Positions 10,943 to 20,463 of a DNA stretch of 64,000 nt are shown here, piece after piece. Every line of letters starts with the position of its first letter. Position 1 is the first letter of the stretch. The notes beneath the pieces are model-generated. The model was not told where the DNA came from, searched no databases, and was given only the letters and a program-made list of their open reading frames with translations. Source of the stretch: an uncultured Thermoleophilaceae bacterium (GTDB lineage Bacteria; Actinomycetota; Thermoleophilia; Solirubrobacterales; Thermoleophilaceae); NCBI GenBank assembly GCA_963759625.1, contig CAVXAD010000003.1, positions 53 to 64,052 on the forward strand, written 5' to 3'. Made by a program: the position numbers and the translations under genes.

Positions 10943-12384
10943 CACGCCTGCCCAGGCTTCGCTCTCTTCGCAACAAGCTGGCGCTGCTCTTCTTCGCGAT
11001 CACGGCGGCCGCGTTCGCCGTCATCTACTTCGTCGTGGTGCCGCAGCTCGAGTCGAACCTCGAGGGCCGCCGGCTGCAGGACCTGCGCCGGTCCGCCGTG
11101 CACGGGCGGGCTCCGCTCGAGGAGCTGATCGCAAGCGAGGCCTCCTCGCCGGCGATCAACCGCCGCGTGCGCGCGGTGTCCGACTCCACGGACGCCCGTG
11201 TGACCGTGCTCAGCTGGAAGCAGTCGTTCGCGGGCCCGCAGGGCGATGGCCGGGAGCTGCGGTTCTATCCGCTGTCGGACTCGCGCGAGGCCCAGCGGGC
11301 CTTCCCGCACCAGGACGGCCTCGCCCGGCGCGCGGTCGTCACCGAGCACAGCCAGAGCGGCTTCGGCGCCTTCGACGGCCAGGAGCTCGGCTTCGTCGCG
11401 CAACCGCTGCTGGACCGCGGCGACCCCGCGTGGGTGGCGATCTACTCGCAGGACCTCGACGACGTCGCGGAGACCGTGGCCTTCATCCGCGCCCGCGTCC
11501 TCGTGGCCACCTTCGCGGCCCTGCTGCTGGCGCTCGTGGGCGGCTATCTCGTGGCCCGCGCGCTGGCGCGGCGCGTACGCCGGCTCGAGCTCGCCGCGCG
11601 GGAGGTCGCCCGCGGGCATTACATCGAGCCGCTCCCGGTGGACTCGCGCGACGAGCTCGGAGAGCTGACGCGCACGTTCAACGAGATGCAGGAGCAGCTC
11701 CGGCGGGTCGACGTTGCGCGCAGGGAGTTCATCGCCACCGCCTCCCACGAGCTGCGCACACCGATCTTCTCGCTGGCCGGCTTCGTCGAGTTGCTTCAGG
11801 ACGAGGACCTCGACGAGGACACCAGGGCCGAGTTCCTGGACACCATGGCCGAGCAGGTGGCGCGCTTGCAGAAGCTGTCCGTGGACCTGCTCGACCTCTC
11901 CCGGCTCGATACGGGGTCGGTGCAGCTCCACGCCGAGCCCGTCGACCTGGCCGAGCTGGCGCGCTCGGTCGTCGGCGAGTTCGCGCCCGCGATCGCCGAG
12001 CACCGCACCGACCTCGAGGTGAAGCTGTCGCTCGACGGGCCCGAGGCACGCTGCGATCGTGAGCGGGTGGCCCAGATCATGCGCATCCTGCTCGACAACG
12101 CCCTCCGGCACACCCCCGAGGGCACGCCCGTCACCGTGTCCGCCGGGCGCAGCAACGGCACCGCTTCGCTGCTGGTGTCGGACGCGGGGCCCGGGCTCTC
12201 CGAGAGCACACGCGACCACGCCTTCGAGCGCTTCGTCACGGGCGACGCGGCCCGCGGGGCCGGCCTCGGCCTGGCGATAGCACGCGAGCTCGCCGAGCGG
12301 ATGGAGGGCCGGCTGCACTTCTCGCCGGGCGCGACCGGCGCCACGTTCACGCTCGATCTGCCCACCGACGAGGGCGGCGCATGA
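10939..12384 (+). CDS. sensor histidine kinase (HAMP-HisKA-HATPase)
   Basis: N-terminal TM, HAMP (DELGELTRTFNEM), H-box SHELRTPI, N-box DNALRHTP, G1 DAGPGL, G2 GAGLGLAIA. No ATG/GTG at the junction: CTG 10939 overlaps the regulator stop as CTGA. An alternative in-frame GTG lies at 10801. Confidence 0.85.
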   Translation: MTRLPRLRSLRNKLALLFFAITAAAFAVIYFVVVPQLESNLEGRRLQDLRRSAVHGRAPLEELIASEASSPAINRRVRAVSDSTDARVTVLSWKQSFAGPQGDGRELRFYPLSDSREAQRAFPHQDGLARRAVVTEHSQSGFGAFDGQELGFVAQPLLDRGDPAWVAIYSQDLDDVAETVAFIRARVLVATFAALLLALVGGYLVARALARRVRRLELAAREVARGHYIEPLPVDSRDELGELTRTFNEMQEQLRRVDVARREFIATASHELRTPIFSLAGFVELLQDEDLDEDTRAEFLDTMAEQVARLQKLSVDLLDLSRLDTGSVQLHAEPVDLAELARSVVGEFAPAIAEHRTDLEVKLSLDGPEARCDRERVAQIMRILLDNALRHTPEGTPVTVSAGRSNGTASLLVSDAGPGLSESTRDHAFERFVTGDAARGAGLGLAIARELAERMEGRLHFSPGATGATFTLDLPTDEGGA

Positions 12385-13545
12385 GGCGCCTCGCGCTCGC
12401 CGCGGCGCTGGTCGCGGTCGCGGCCGCGGGCTGCTCGAAGGATGAGGGCACGCGGCGAGCCGGCCCAAGGCCCTGCCAAGGTCACCACCACTCGCGTGCA
12501 GGTCGTCGAGGGACTCGGCCGCAGGGGCGGTTTCGACCCGCGCGAGATCTACCGGCGCCTCTCCCCCGGAGTGGTCACGGTCCTGTCGATCTTCGGCGAC
12601 GGCGGCCTCCAGCTCGGCGACGAGGGCAGCGGCGGCCAGGGATCCGGGTTCGTGCTCGACGGTGACGGCTACATCGCGACGAACGCGCACGTGGTGACGG
12701 GGGAGGACTCGAGCTCGGACCGCGCGGACCAGGTGTACGTGGAGTTCTCCGACGGCAATCGTGTGGAGGCGCGGATCGTCGGCGTGGACCTCAACGCCGA
12801 CGTCGCACTGCTCAAGGTCGACCCGAGCGGGCTCTCGCTGACGCCGCTGCGGCTGGGCTCCTCCGCCCGCGTCGCGGTCGGCGACCCGGTGGCCGCGATC
12901 GGCAGCCCGTTCGGGGAGCGCCAGTCGCTCACCATCGGCGTGATCTCCGCGGCCGACCGCAACATCAGCTCGCTCACGCGCTTCGGGATCGGCGACGCGA
13001 TACAGACCGATGCCGCCATCAACCCCGGGAACTCCGGCGGGCCGCTGCTCGACGCGAAGGGCGAAGTGCTCGGGATCAACGCGCAGATCAAGACCAACTC
13101 GGGCGGCGGCGAGGGCGTGGGCTTCGCGATCCCCGTGGACGCCGTCCGGCGCTCGCTGCGCGAGCTGCGGGCCGACGGCAAGGTCGACTACGCGTACCTC
13201 GGCGTGACCACGCTGTCGCTGTGGCCGCAGCTGGCCGAGCGCATCCACGCCAGTCAGACGGGCGGCGCGCTCGTCCAGCGCGTGGAGAAGGGCAGCCCCG
13301 CTCAAGCTGCCGGCATACGGGCGGGCGACGACCAGATCACCTTCCAGGGCCAGCCCGACATCGAGCTGGGCGGCGACCTGATCCTCGCCGTCGACGGCCG
13401 GCGGCTCACGCGCGCGACCGATCTGACCGACGTGATCGGCTCGCACGATGCCGGCGACTCCGTGCGGCTCACGATCGTGCGGGACGGCGAGCGGCGGTCG
13501 GTCGAGGTCGAGCTCGGCGGGCGCCCGAGCGGCTCGGACGGCTGA
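12381..13545 (+). CDS. HtrA/DegP-family serine protease with PDZ domain, lipoprotein-type signal peptide, frame broken near 12448
   Basis: ATG 12381 overlaps the kinase stop (ATGA). MRRLALAAALVAVAAAGC (lipobox-like) lies in one frame. The mature part lies in ORF 12442..13545, with catalytic NAHVV, DVALLKV, GNSGGPL and a PDZ segment. 1165 nt = 3n+1. Confidence 0.85.
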
Positions 13546-13604
13546 GCGCGGCCGGGCGTCGCCGGGGTTCTCGCTATTTTGGAGGCGTGGCGGAGGGGCG
13601 CAAC

Positions 13605-13982
13605 GTGGCTGACGGACGGGATGTCTCCTTGACGATCCCGGCTCGGCCGGACTATCTCGTGCTTGCCCGCCTGGCGCTCTCCGCGGTATGCAGGCTCACG
13701 CCCCTCTCGCCGGAGGAGGTCGCCGACCTGAAGCTGGCGATCACCGAGGCGGCCAACGACTTCGTGGACGACGGCCGTTCGCTGGAGGACGAGTCGCGCG
13801 TGAACTTCAACTTCCGGCTGCTCGACGACCGCCTGCTGATGGAGCTGGACGGGCCCGCGAGCCCGGTGGCGGCCATGGAGCAGGAGCTGAGCCGCGCGAT
13901 CATCGACGCGACGGTCGACGAGTGCGCGTTCGGCGACCAGCGCACGAGCCTCGTGAAGTACCTCGGCGAACGCGCCGAGTAG
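13605..13982 (+). CDS. short RsbW/SpoIIAB-like anti-sigma regulatory factor-like protein (hypothetical)
   Basis: GTG 13605 is preceded by GGAGGGG. PARPDYLVLARLALSAVCR...EEVADLKLAITEAANDFV matches the N-terminal pattern of HATPase-type anti-sigma factors, but at 125 aa no G-boxes are seen. The N-terminal part of track ORF 13221..13982 overlaps htrA and is discounted. Confidence 0.4.
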   Translation: MADGRDVSLTIPARPDYLVLARLALSAVCRLTPLSPEEVADLKLAITEAANDFVDDGRSLEDESRVNFNFRLLDDRLLMELDGPASPVAAMEQELSRAIIDATVDECAFGDQRTSLVKYLGERAE

Positions 13983-13996
13983 GCTGCCGCGGGCTC

Positions 13997-15232
13997 ATGC
14001 TGCAGCCCATCGCCGTAGGCCACAAGAGCCTGGCCGACTACACGCACCTTGCCGGCAGGCCGCTGATCGAGGAGATCAGGGAGCTGGCCGAGGGCCTCCA
14101 GGGGCTGAAGGTGCTCCACCTGTCCGCCACCGCGTTCGGGGGAGGCGTGGCGGAGATCCTCTACACGCTCATCCCGCTGATGAAGGACGTGGGCGTCGAG
14201 GCGGAGTGGCAGGTGATGCTGGGCCGTGAGGAGTTCTACAACGTGACCAAGCGGCTCCACAACGCCCTGCAGGGAAACCCGGATTCCCTGAGCGACGAGG
14301 AGTGGCGGATCTTCGAGCGCTTCAACGCGCTCAACGCGACCGAGATCTCGAGCGGGTGGGACGTGATCATCGTGCACGACCCGCAGCCGGCCGGCGTTCG
14401 CCAGCACGTGCCCGAGAAGGCCGGCCACTGGATCTGGCGCTGCCACATCGACCTGTCCACTCCCAACCCGAGCGCGATCGAGCACCTGGTGCCGCTCGTG
14501 CGCGACTACGACAAGAGCGTCTTCCACCTGCAGGCCTACGTGCCCGCCGGGCTGAACGGCGCCTCCTCCGGCGTGCGGATCTGCCCGCCTGCGATCGATC
14601 CGCTCTCACCCAAGAACATGGCGCTCTCCCCGGAGGACGCCGCCTTCGTCTGCGACCAGTTCGGCATCGACGTGGACCGCCCGCTCATGTGCCAGGTCTC
14701 GCGCTTCGACCCCTGGAAGGACCCGATGGGAGTGATCGACGCGTACCGGGCGGTGAAGGCCGACATGCCCGAGGTCCAGCTGGCGCTGGTGGGCTCGATG
14801 GCGCTCGACGACCCGGAAGGCTGGGAGTTCTTCAACTCCACGATGGCCTACGCCGACGGCGACCCGGACATCCACATCCTCAACAACCTGAACAACGTGG
14901 GCGCCATCGAGGTGAACGCCTTCCAGTCGCAGGCCGACGTCGTGATCCAGAAGTCCACGCGCGAGGGCTTCGGATTGACCGTGGCGGAAGCCCTCTGGAA
15001 GGCGCGCCCGTTCATCGGCGGCGACGTGGGCGGGATCCCGCTCCAGGTGGAGGACGGCGAGACCGGCTTCCTGGTCAGCTCGCCCGAGGACTGCGCCGAG
15101 CGCTCGCTGCGGATCCTGCGCGAGCCCGATCTCGGGCGGCGACTGGGGCGAAGCGGCAAGGAGCACGTGCGCAGAAACTTCCTCACGCCACGCCTCCTGC
15201 GCGACTGGCTGCGTATCTTCCACGAGAGATGA
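13997..15232 (+). CDS. treT: trehalose glycosyltransferring synthase (GT4)
   Basis: Colinear similarity to archaeal/Rubrobacter TreT: VSRFDPWKDPMGVIDAYRAVK, DDPEGWEFF, VNAFQSQADVVIQKSTREGFGLTVAEALWKARPFIGGDVGGIPLQVEDGETGFLV. 411 aa. Confidence 0.85.
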   Translation: MLQPIAVGHKSLADYTHLAGRPLIEEIRELAEGLQGLKVLHLSATAFGGGVAEILYTLIPLMKDVGVEAEWQVMLGREEFYNVTKRLHNALQGNPDSLSDEEWRIFERFNALNATEISSGWDVIIVHDPQPAGVRQHVPEKAGHWIWRCHIDLSTPNPSAIEHLVPLVRDYDKSVFHLQAYVPAGLNGASSGVRICPPAIDPLSPKNMALSPEDAAFVCDQFGIDVDRPLMCQVSRFDPWKDPMGVIDAYRAVKADMPEVQLALVGSMALDDPEGWEFFNSTMAYADGDPDIHILNNLNNVGAIEVNAFQSQADVVIQKSTREGFGLTVAEALWKARPFIGGDVGGIPLQVEDGETGFLVSSPEDCAERSLRILREPDLGRRLGRSGKEHVRRNFLTPRLLRDWLRIFHER

Positions 15233-16707
15233 ACCAGCAGACGCCGCTCGTGCTCGTCTCGAACCGCGGACCCGCGACGTTCGAGCGCGGCGAGGACGGC
15301 ACGATCGTCCCGCGCCGCGGCGGCGGCGGCCTGGTCACGGCGCTCACCGGTCTCGTGCACCACCGCGCGGCCGTCTGGGTGGCTTCCGCCATGACCGACG
15401 AGGACCTCGAGGTGAGCCGCGAGCACGGCGGCGGCAGCTTCGAGATGGAGCTCGACGGAGCGCGCTACCGGTTGCGGCTCGTCGAGAGCGACCCCGAGGC
15501 CTACGACCGCTTCTACAACGTCGTGGCCAACCCGATGCTGTGGTTCATCCAGCACTACCTCTGGGACCTCTCGAACGCCCCGGACATCCGCCGGCACGAG
15601 GTGGAGGCCTACGAGGAGGGCTATTGCCGGGTGAACCGGGATCTGGCCGAGGCGGTGCTCGAGGAGGTGGACAGCCTGTCGAGCGCGGTCGTGATGCTCC
15701 ACGACTACCACCTCTACACCGCGCCCAAGTTCATCCGCCGCGAGCGCCCGGAGCTCTTCCTGCATCACTTCGTGCACATCCCCTGGACCCAGCCGGACGC
15801 CTGGCGCGTGCTGCCCGCCGACATCCGCGAGGACATCTACGAGGGCATCCTCTCGAACGACATCATCGCCTTCCACACGCGCTCCTACAAGCGCAACTTC
15901 CTCCTCTGCTGCAGCGACCTGTTCGACCTCGACGTGGACCACGAGGCGGGCATCGTGCGCTTCGAGGGGCGCGAGGTCTGGGTGCGGTCCTATCCGCTCC
16001 CGATCTCGGCCGAGGCCTTCCGGCGCAACGCCCAGCGGCCGGCCGTCCACGAGTACGGGCGCGAGATCCTGCGCCGGCGCCGCGAGCACCTGATCCTGCG
16101 CGTGGACCGGGCGGACCTCTCGAAGAACATCCTGCGCGGCTTCACCTCCTTCGACCTCTTCCTCGAGCAGCACCCCGAGTTCGCCGAGCACGTGACGTTC
16201 ATCGCCCACCTGATCCCCTCGCGCCAGGACGTGCCCGAGTACGCCGAGTACCTCGAGCGGATCGAGGCGCTCGTGGCGGTCGTCAACCACCGCCACGGCA
16301 CCACCGACTGGATGCCGATCGAGCTCCGCCTGCGGGAGAACCTCGAGGAGGCGATCGCCGCGTACAAGCACTACGACCTGCTGATGGTCAACGCCATGTT
16401 CGACGGCATGAACCTGATCGCGAAGGAGGGGCCGCTGGTGAACGAGCGCAACGGCGTGTCGCTGCTCAGCGAGAACACCGGCGCGCACGAGGAGCTGGCC
16501 GAGTTCGCCCTGTCGGTGAACCCGTTCGACGTCCAGGAGCAGGCGGACGCGATCCATCGCGCCCTCACGATGTCGGCCGAAGAGCGCTCCTGGCGCGCCG
16601 AGGGCCTCAAGCGAATCGTCACCGCCCGCGACCCCGGCGACTGGGTGGACGACCAGCTGGCCGACATCGAGGCCAAGCGGCTGGGGCACGCGCCGGTCGG
16701 CTCGTAG
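15229..16707 (+). CDS. otsA: alpha,alpha-trehalose-phosphate synthase (GT20)
   Basis: LVLVSNRGP, GGLVTAL, NPMLWFIQHYLWD, LHDYHLY, DGMNLIAKE. ATGA overlap with the treT stop. Confidence 0.9.
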   Translation: MNQQTPLVLVSNRGPATFERGEDGTIVPRRGGGGLVTALTGLVHHRAAVWVASAMTDEDLEVSREHGGGSFEMELDGARYRLRLVESDPEAYDRFYNVVANPMLWFIQHYLWDLSNAPDIRRHEVEAYEEGYCRVNRDLAEAVLEEVDSLSSAVVMLHDYHLYTAPKFIRRERPELFLHHFVHIPWTQPDAWRVLPADIREDIYEGILSNDIIAFHTRSYKRNFLLCCSDLFDLDVDHEAGIVRFEGREVWVRSYPLPISAEAFRRNAQRPAVHEYGREILRRRREHLILRVDRADLSKNILRGFTSFDLFLEQHPEFAEHVTFIAHLIPSRQDVPEYAEYLERIEALVAVVNHRHGTTDWMPIELRLRENLEEAIAAYKHYDLLMVNAMFDGMNLIAKEGPLVNERNGVSLLSENTGAHEELAEFALSVNPFDVQEQADAIHRALTMSAEERSWRAEGLKRIVTARDPGDWVDDQLADIEAKRLGHAPVGS

Positions 16708-16715
16708 GACGCTCG

Positions 16716-17131
16716 TCACCCGGGTCCCGGGTCGGGAGTGAACTCGCCGTGGCGCGGCGCCGGGGCGCTCGCGGGGGGACGCGCCCGAGCCGTCCCGCGC
16801 GGAGCCCGCGGCCGGGGTGCCGTCCCGGTGGGGCCGCCTGGTCCGCGGCGTCTCGTGGGGACGGCCGCCGTGGGTGTGGCACCCGTCGGCGGGGCTCGGC
16901 CGGTCTCGGCCGCCGCCGGGGCGGCAGCGCCGGCCGTGGCTCTGGGCCGGGCGAGCCTGGTCGCAACCGCTCGGGCCGGCTGCCCGGTCCCGGCGACGGA
17001 TCGGGCCGGCAGCCGCGTCCGCCCGACGCGATCAGCAGGCCGGCGGCGAGCAGCGCGGCCAGCCGTCCGAGGTTGGCCCATCGCACCCGGCGCAACAGCG
17101 CCGGGACACCGTGTGCCCGCCGCCGGTCCAC
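16716..17131 (-). CDS. possible membrane-anchored low-complexity (Pro/Ala/Thr-rich) protein; frame uncertain
   Basis: GTG 17131 gives VDRRRAHGVPALLRRVRWANLGRLAALLAAGLLIASGG (TM anchor). Downstream, all frames are open and P/A/R-rich. One frame ends ...HGEFTPDPGPG at 16716. No homology signal that I can recognise. Confidence 0.2.
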
Positions 17132-17204
17132 GTGCGGAGGAAGGCGTCCACGGCCGGCCTTCGCCCCGGGAGCGCCGGCCGCCCACTGCTATCGTGCCCC
17201 CGCG

Positions 17205-17606
17205 ATGGCGGGGCTCTACGACCTGATGCTGCTGGTGGACCCGACCGCTCCCGACGAGCGGCGCGAGGCCGTGATCGCCGAGGTCGAGACCCTGATCCAG
17301 TCGGGCGGCGGCGAGATCGTCGGCAACTACGACTGGGGCCAGCGGCGACTCGCCTTCGAGATCCGCCACCGGCCCGAAGCCGAGTACCGGCTCTACCAGT
17401 TCCAGGGCGACCCGGCCCTTCTGGAGCGGCTCCAGACGCGGCTGAGGATCCTCGACGGCCTCCTGCGGTTCCGCATCATCAAGGTGAAGCCCGGGCAGCC
17501 CACCCCGCCCGCGCCGGACCAGCAGGGCGCCCGCCGCCGGGAGGAGCGCGAAGAGAGCGACACGCGCGTGGCCGCCCGCGCCGCGGCCGACGCGCCGCCG
17601 GTCTAG
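17205..17606 (+). CDS. rpsF: 30S ribosomal protein S6
   Basis: MAGLYDLMLLVDP...WGQRRLAFEI...EYRLYQF...RFRIIKV; gene order rpsF-ssb-rpsR-rplI. Confidence 0.9.
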   Translation: MAGLYDLMLLVDPTAPDERREAVIAEVETLIQSGGGEIVGNYDWGQRRLAFEIRHRPEAEYRLYQFQGDPALLERLQTRLRILDGLLRFRIIKVKPGQPTPPAPDQQGARRREEREESDTRVAARAAADAPPV

Positions 17607-17774
17607 AGCCCGCGCTTCCGCGCCGAACCGCTCCGGCGAGCGACGGTTCCGCTAAACAACGCGCACTTTTCAGCAACTTCTGGGCGCCGGCGGCCACGGC
17701 CGCCGAGCCCGTTTGTACTCTCGATCGACAGCCATCGAGCCGTCCGCGAAGAAGGACTTGGAAGGAGCAGTCCC

Positions 17775-18233
17775 ATGGCAGCAACCAACATCAACAGGGT
17801 CGTGATAACGGGGAACCTCACCCGCGACCCGGAGCTCCGCAGCACCGGAGGGGGTACTTCCGTGTGCAGCCTGCGCGTGGCGGTCAACACCCGGCGCAAG
17901 GACCCGTCCACCGGCGAGTGGGCCGACAAGCCCAACTACTTCGACGTCACCGTCTGGGGAGCGCAGGGCGAGAACTGCGCCCAGTATCTCCAGAAGGGAC
18001 GTCCCGTCGCGGTCGACGGCCGGCTCGAGTGGCGCGAGTGGCAGGACAAGGAAGGCAACAAGCGCCAGTCCGTGGATATCATTGCCGACTCCGTCCAGTT
18101 CCTCGGCTCCCGTGACGGTGGCGAGAACGGCGGCCGCTTCACGCCGCAGAGCGACGTTCCCGCGGATACGGGGGACTTCGAGCAGGCGCCGGTGGCCGCG
18201 GGTGGCTCGGCGGACGACGACATCCCCTTCTGA
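17775..18233 (+). CDS. ssb: single-stranded DNA-binding protein
   Basis: NRVVITGNLTRDPELR OB-fold, Gly-rich linker, acidic tail DDDIPF. Confidence 0.95.
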   Translation: MAATNINRVVITGNLTRDPELRSTGGGTSVCSLRVAVNTRRKDPSTGEWADKPNYFDVTVWGAQGENCAQYLQKGRPVAVDGRLEWREWQDKEGNKRQSVDIIADSVQFLGSRDGGENGGRFTPQSDVPADTGDFEQAPVAAGGSADDDIPF

Positions 18234-18265
18234 TCCCGACGTAGAGAGCAGGCGAAGCGACAGCA

Positions 18266-18544
18266 GTGGCCAAGCAGCGAGGAAACGCGGTCCGAGACCG
18301 GCGGCGAGGCCGGGGCAAGAGCATTCCCGGCAGCGGCCGGTTCAAGCCGTGCCCGTTCTGCCGGGAGAAGGTCGACATCGTCGACTACAAGGACGTCGGG
18401 GCACTGCGGCGCGCGATCAGCGACAAGGGCAAGATCCGCTCGTCGCGCGTCACCGGCGCCTGCCGGCGCCACCAGTCGCAGCTCGCCAAGGCCGTAAAGC
18501 GCGCCCGCGAGCTCGGCCTGCTGCCCTACGTCTCGGACCGATGA
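18266..18544 (+). CDS. rpsR: 30S ribosomal protein S18
   Basis: CPFCREKVDIVDYKDVGALRRAISDKGKIRSSRVTG.C..HQ..L..A.KRARELGLLPY. Confidence 0.9.
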   Translation: MAKQRGNAVRDRRRGRGKSIPGSGRFKPCPFCREKVDIVDYKDVGALRRAISDKGKIRSSRVTGACRRHQSQLAKAVKRARELGLLPYVSDR

Positions 18545-18593
18545 CCCTGCGGACCAGCGCCCGACGGCTACGCCGGGCGGGTCCGGCGTAGCC

Positions 18594-19046
18594 ATGGCTC
18601 AGGCGATCCTCTTGCAGGATGTGGACCCGCTCGGGGAGCGCGGCTCGGTCATCGACGTCTCCCCCGGCTACCTCCGCAACTACCTGGTGCCGCGCAAGCT
18701 CGCGCAGCCCGCCACGCCGGCCTCCATCGCCGAGTCGCAGCGGCGCATCGAGGCGGCCGAGCGTGCCGCCACGGAGGCGGCCGAGAAGGCGGAGGAGACG
18801 GCTTCGCTGCTGCGCAAGACCGTCCTGACGATCTCCCACCAAGCCGGTGACGACGGCCGCCTGTTCGGCTCCGTCACCTCGCAGGAGATCGCGGACGCGG
18901 TCCGGCAGGCGCGTGGTGTTCGGCTCGACAAGCGGCGCGTCCTGCTCACGGAGCCGATCCGGACGACCGGCACCCACATGGTGACCGTCGAGGTGGTGGA
19001 CGGCGTGACCGCCGACATCAAGACGATCGTCACCCCGCAGGCATGA
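18594..19046 (+). CDS. rplI: 50S ribosomal protein L9
   Basis: ILLQDVDPLGERGSVIDVSPGYLRNYLVPRKLA, 150 aa. Confidence 0.9.
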   Translation: MAQAILLQDVDPLGERGSVIDVSPGYLRNYLVPRKLAQPATPASIAESQRRIEAAERAATEAAEKAEETASLLRKTVLTISHQAGDDGRLFGSVTSQEIADAVRQARGVRLDKRRVLLTEPIRTTGTHMVTVEVVDGVTADIKTIVTPQA

Positions 19047-19049
19047 CCG

Positions 19050-20462
19050 GTGGCCGTCGCCCTCCCGCCTGATACAGCGGGCAGCGTCCCTCCGCACAAC
19101 GAGGAGGCCGAGGCCTCGGTCCTGGGGGCGATCCTGCTCACCGAGCAGGCGCTCGACGGCGTGCTGCTCGAGGTCGGGCTGAAGGCGGACCACTTCTACC
19201 GGCCCCGCCACCAGCTCATCTTCGGCTCGATGATCCACCTGAAGGAGAAGGCGGAGCCGGAGGCGGTCGACGCGCTCACCGTCTGCGACGACCTGCGCCG
19301 GGCCGGTCAGCTCGAGGAGGCGGGCGGCGAGGCCTACGTGCACTCGCTGCCCACCGTCGTGCCGGCCGTCGGCGCGGTCATGCACTACGCGCGGATCGTG
19401 CACGACCACGCGCTCCTGCGGAGCCTGCTCTACACCACGCGCGACATCCAGGGTGAGGTGCTCGCCCATCGCGGCGAGCCGCGCGAGCTGATCGAGCGTG
19501 CCGAGGCGGCGCTGTTCCGGATCGGCCACGACGGCGGCACGGCCGAGATGCGCACGCTCGAGGTCGTGCTCCACGAGGAGATCGACAAGCTCGAGGAGCT
19601 CTCGCGCAAGGACGTGGGCCTGACGGGCACGCCGTCGGGCTTCACGGATCTCGACCAGCTCACGGGCGGCTTCCAGGCCGGCAACCTGATCGTCCTGGCG
19701 GCGCGGCCCTCGATGGGCAAGTCCACGCTGGCCACGAACATCGCCGAGAACGCCGCGATCGACCACGGAGTGCCCGTGGCCCTCTTCTCGCTCGAGATGT
19801 CCGAGACCGAGCTCGCGCACCGCTTCATCGCCTCGCAGGCCAAGGTCTCGAGCGACGAGCTGCGGAAGGGGCGCGTCCGCGGCGACCGCTGGCCCAAGGT
19901 GCTGAACGCCGTCGAGAAGCTCGCGAGCGCGCCGATCTTCCTGGACGACTCGAGCGACATCGGCGTCCTCGAGATGCGTGCGAAGGCGCGGCGCCTGCAC
20001 GCACGCAACGGCCTCGGCCTGATCGTCGTGGACTATCTCCAGCTCGTTCGGGCCGACGGCAGGACGGACAGCCGGGTGGAGCAGGTGGGGCAGATCAGCC
20101 GTGGGCTCAAGATCCTCGCCCGTGAGCTCGAGATCCCCGTGGTCGCGGTGTCACAGCTCTCGCGCGCCGTGGAGAGCCGCAACCCGCCGGTGCCGATGCT
20201 CTCCGACCTGAGGGAGAGCGGTCAGCTCGAGCAGGACGCCGACCTCGTGATGTTCGTCTACCGCGAGGACTACTACGACGACGAGTCCGAGCGCACCGGC
20301 GAGGCCGACGTGATCATCGCCAAGCACCGCAACGGACCGGTCGGAAAGGTGTCGCTGACCTTCCTGTCCAAGTATCCGCGCTTCGCGAACCTCTACCGCG
20401 ACCGCTCCATGGATTCGGCGCCTTCCGCCGCCGGCGCGCCGCTCGAGAACGGGGCCGGCTGA
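19050..20462 (+). CDS. dnaB: replicative DNA helicase
   Basis: PPHNEEAEASVLGAILL, TGTPSGFTDLD, Walker A AARPSMGKSTLA, SLEMS, VDYLQL, QLSR. Confidence 0.95.
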   Translation: MAVALPPDTAGSVPPHNEEAEASVLGAILLTEQALDGVLLEVGLKADHFYRPRHQLIFGSMIHLKEKAEPEAVDALTVCDDLRRAGQLEEAGGEAYVHSLPTVVPAVGAVMHYARIVHDHALLRSLLYTTRDIQGEVLAHRGEPRELIERAEAALFRIGHDGGTAEMRTLEVVLHEEIDKLEELSRKDVGLTGTPSGFTDLDQLTGGFQAGNLIVLAARPSMGKSTLATNIAENAAIDHGVPVALFSLEMSETELAHRFIASQAKVSSDELRKGRVRGDRWPKVLNAVEKLASAPIFLDDSSDIGVLEMRAKARRLHARNGLGLIVVDYLQLVRADGRTDSRVEQVGQISRGLKILARELEIPVVAVSQLSRAVESRNPPVPMLSDLRESGQLEQDADLVMFVYREDYYDDESERTGEADVIIAKHRNGPVGKVSLTFLSKYPRFANLYRDRSMDSAPSAAGAPLENGAG

Positions 20463-20463
20463 G

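Noticed and set aside
8386-12384. 1332-aa plus-strand ORF, the longest in the track
   Set aside because: It is a composite. The first ~615 codons are antisense to the M28-like membrane protein and are Arg/Gly/Glu-rich nonsense. It then passes through the response-regulator receiver domain, crosses the shifted winged-helix region out of frame, and ends as the histidine kinase. It is not a single gene.
13221-13604. N-terminal 128 codons of track ORF 13221..13982
   Set aside because: This stretch overlaps the htrA 3' region out of frame and is Arg/Pro-rich. The recognisable protein begins at GTG 13605, behind a GGAGGGG ribosome-binding site.
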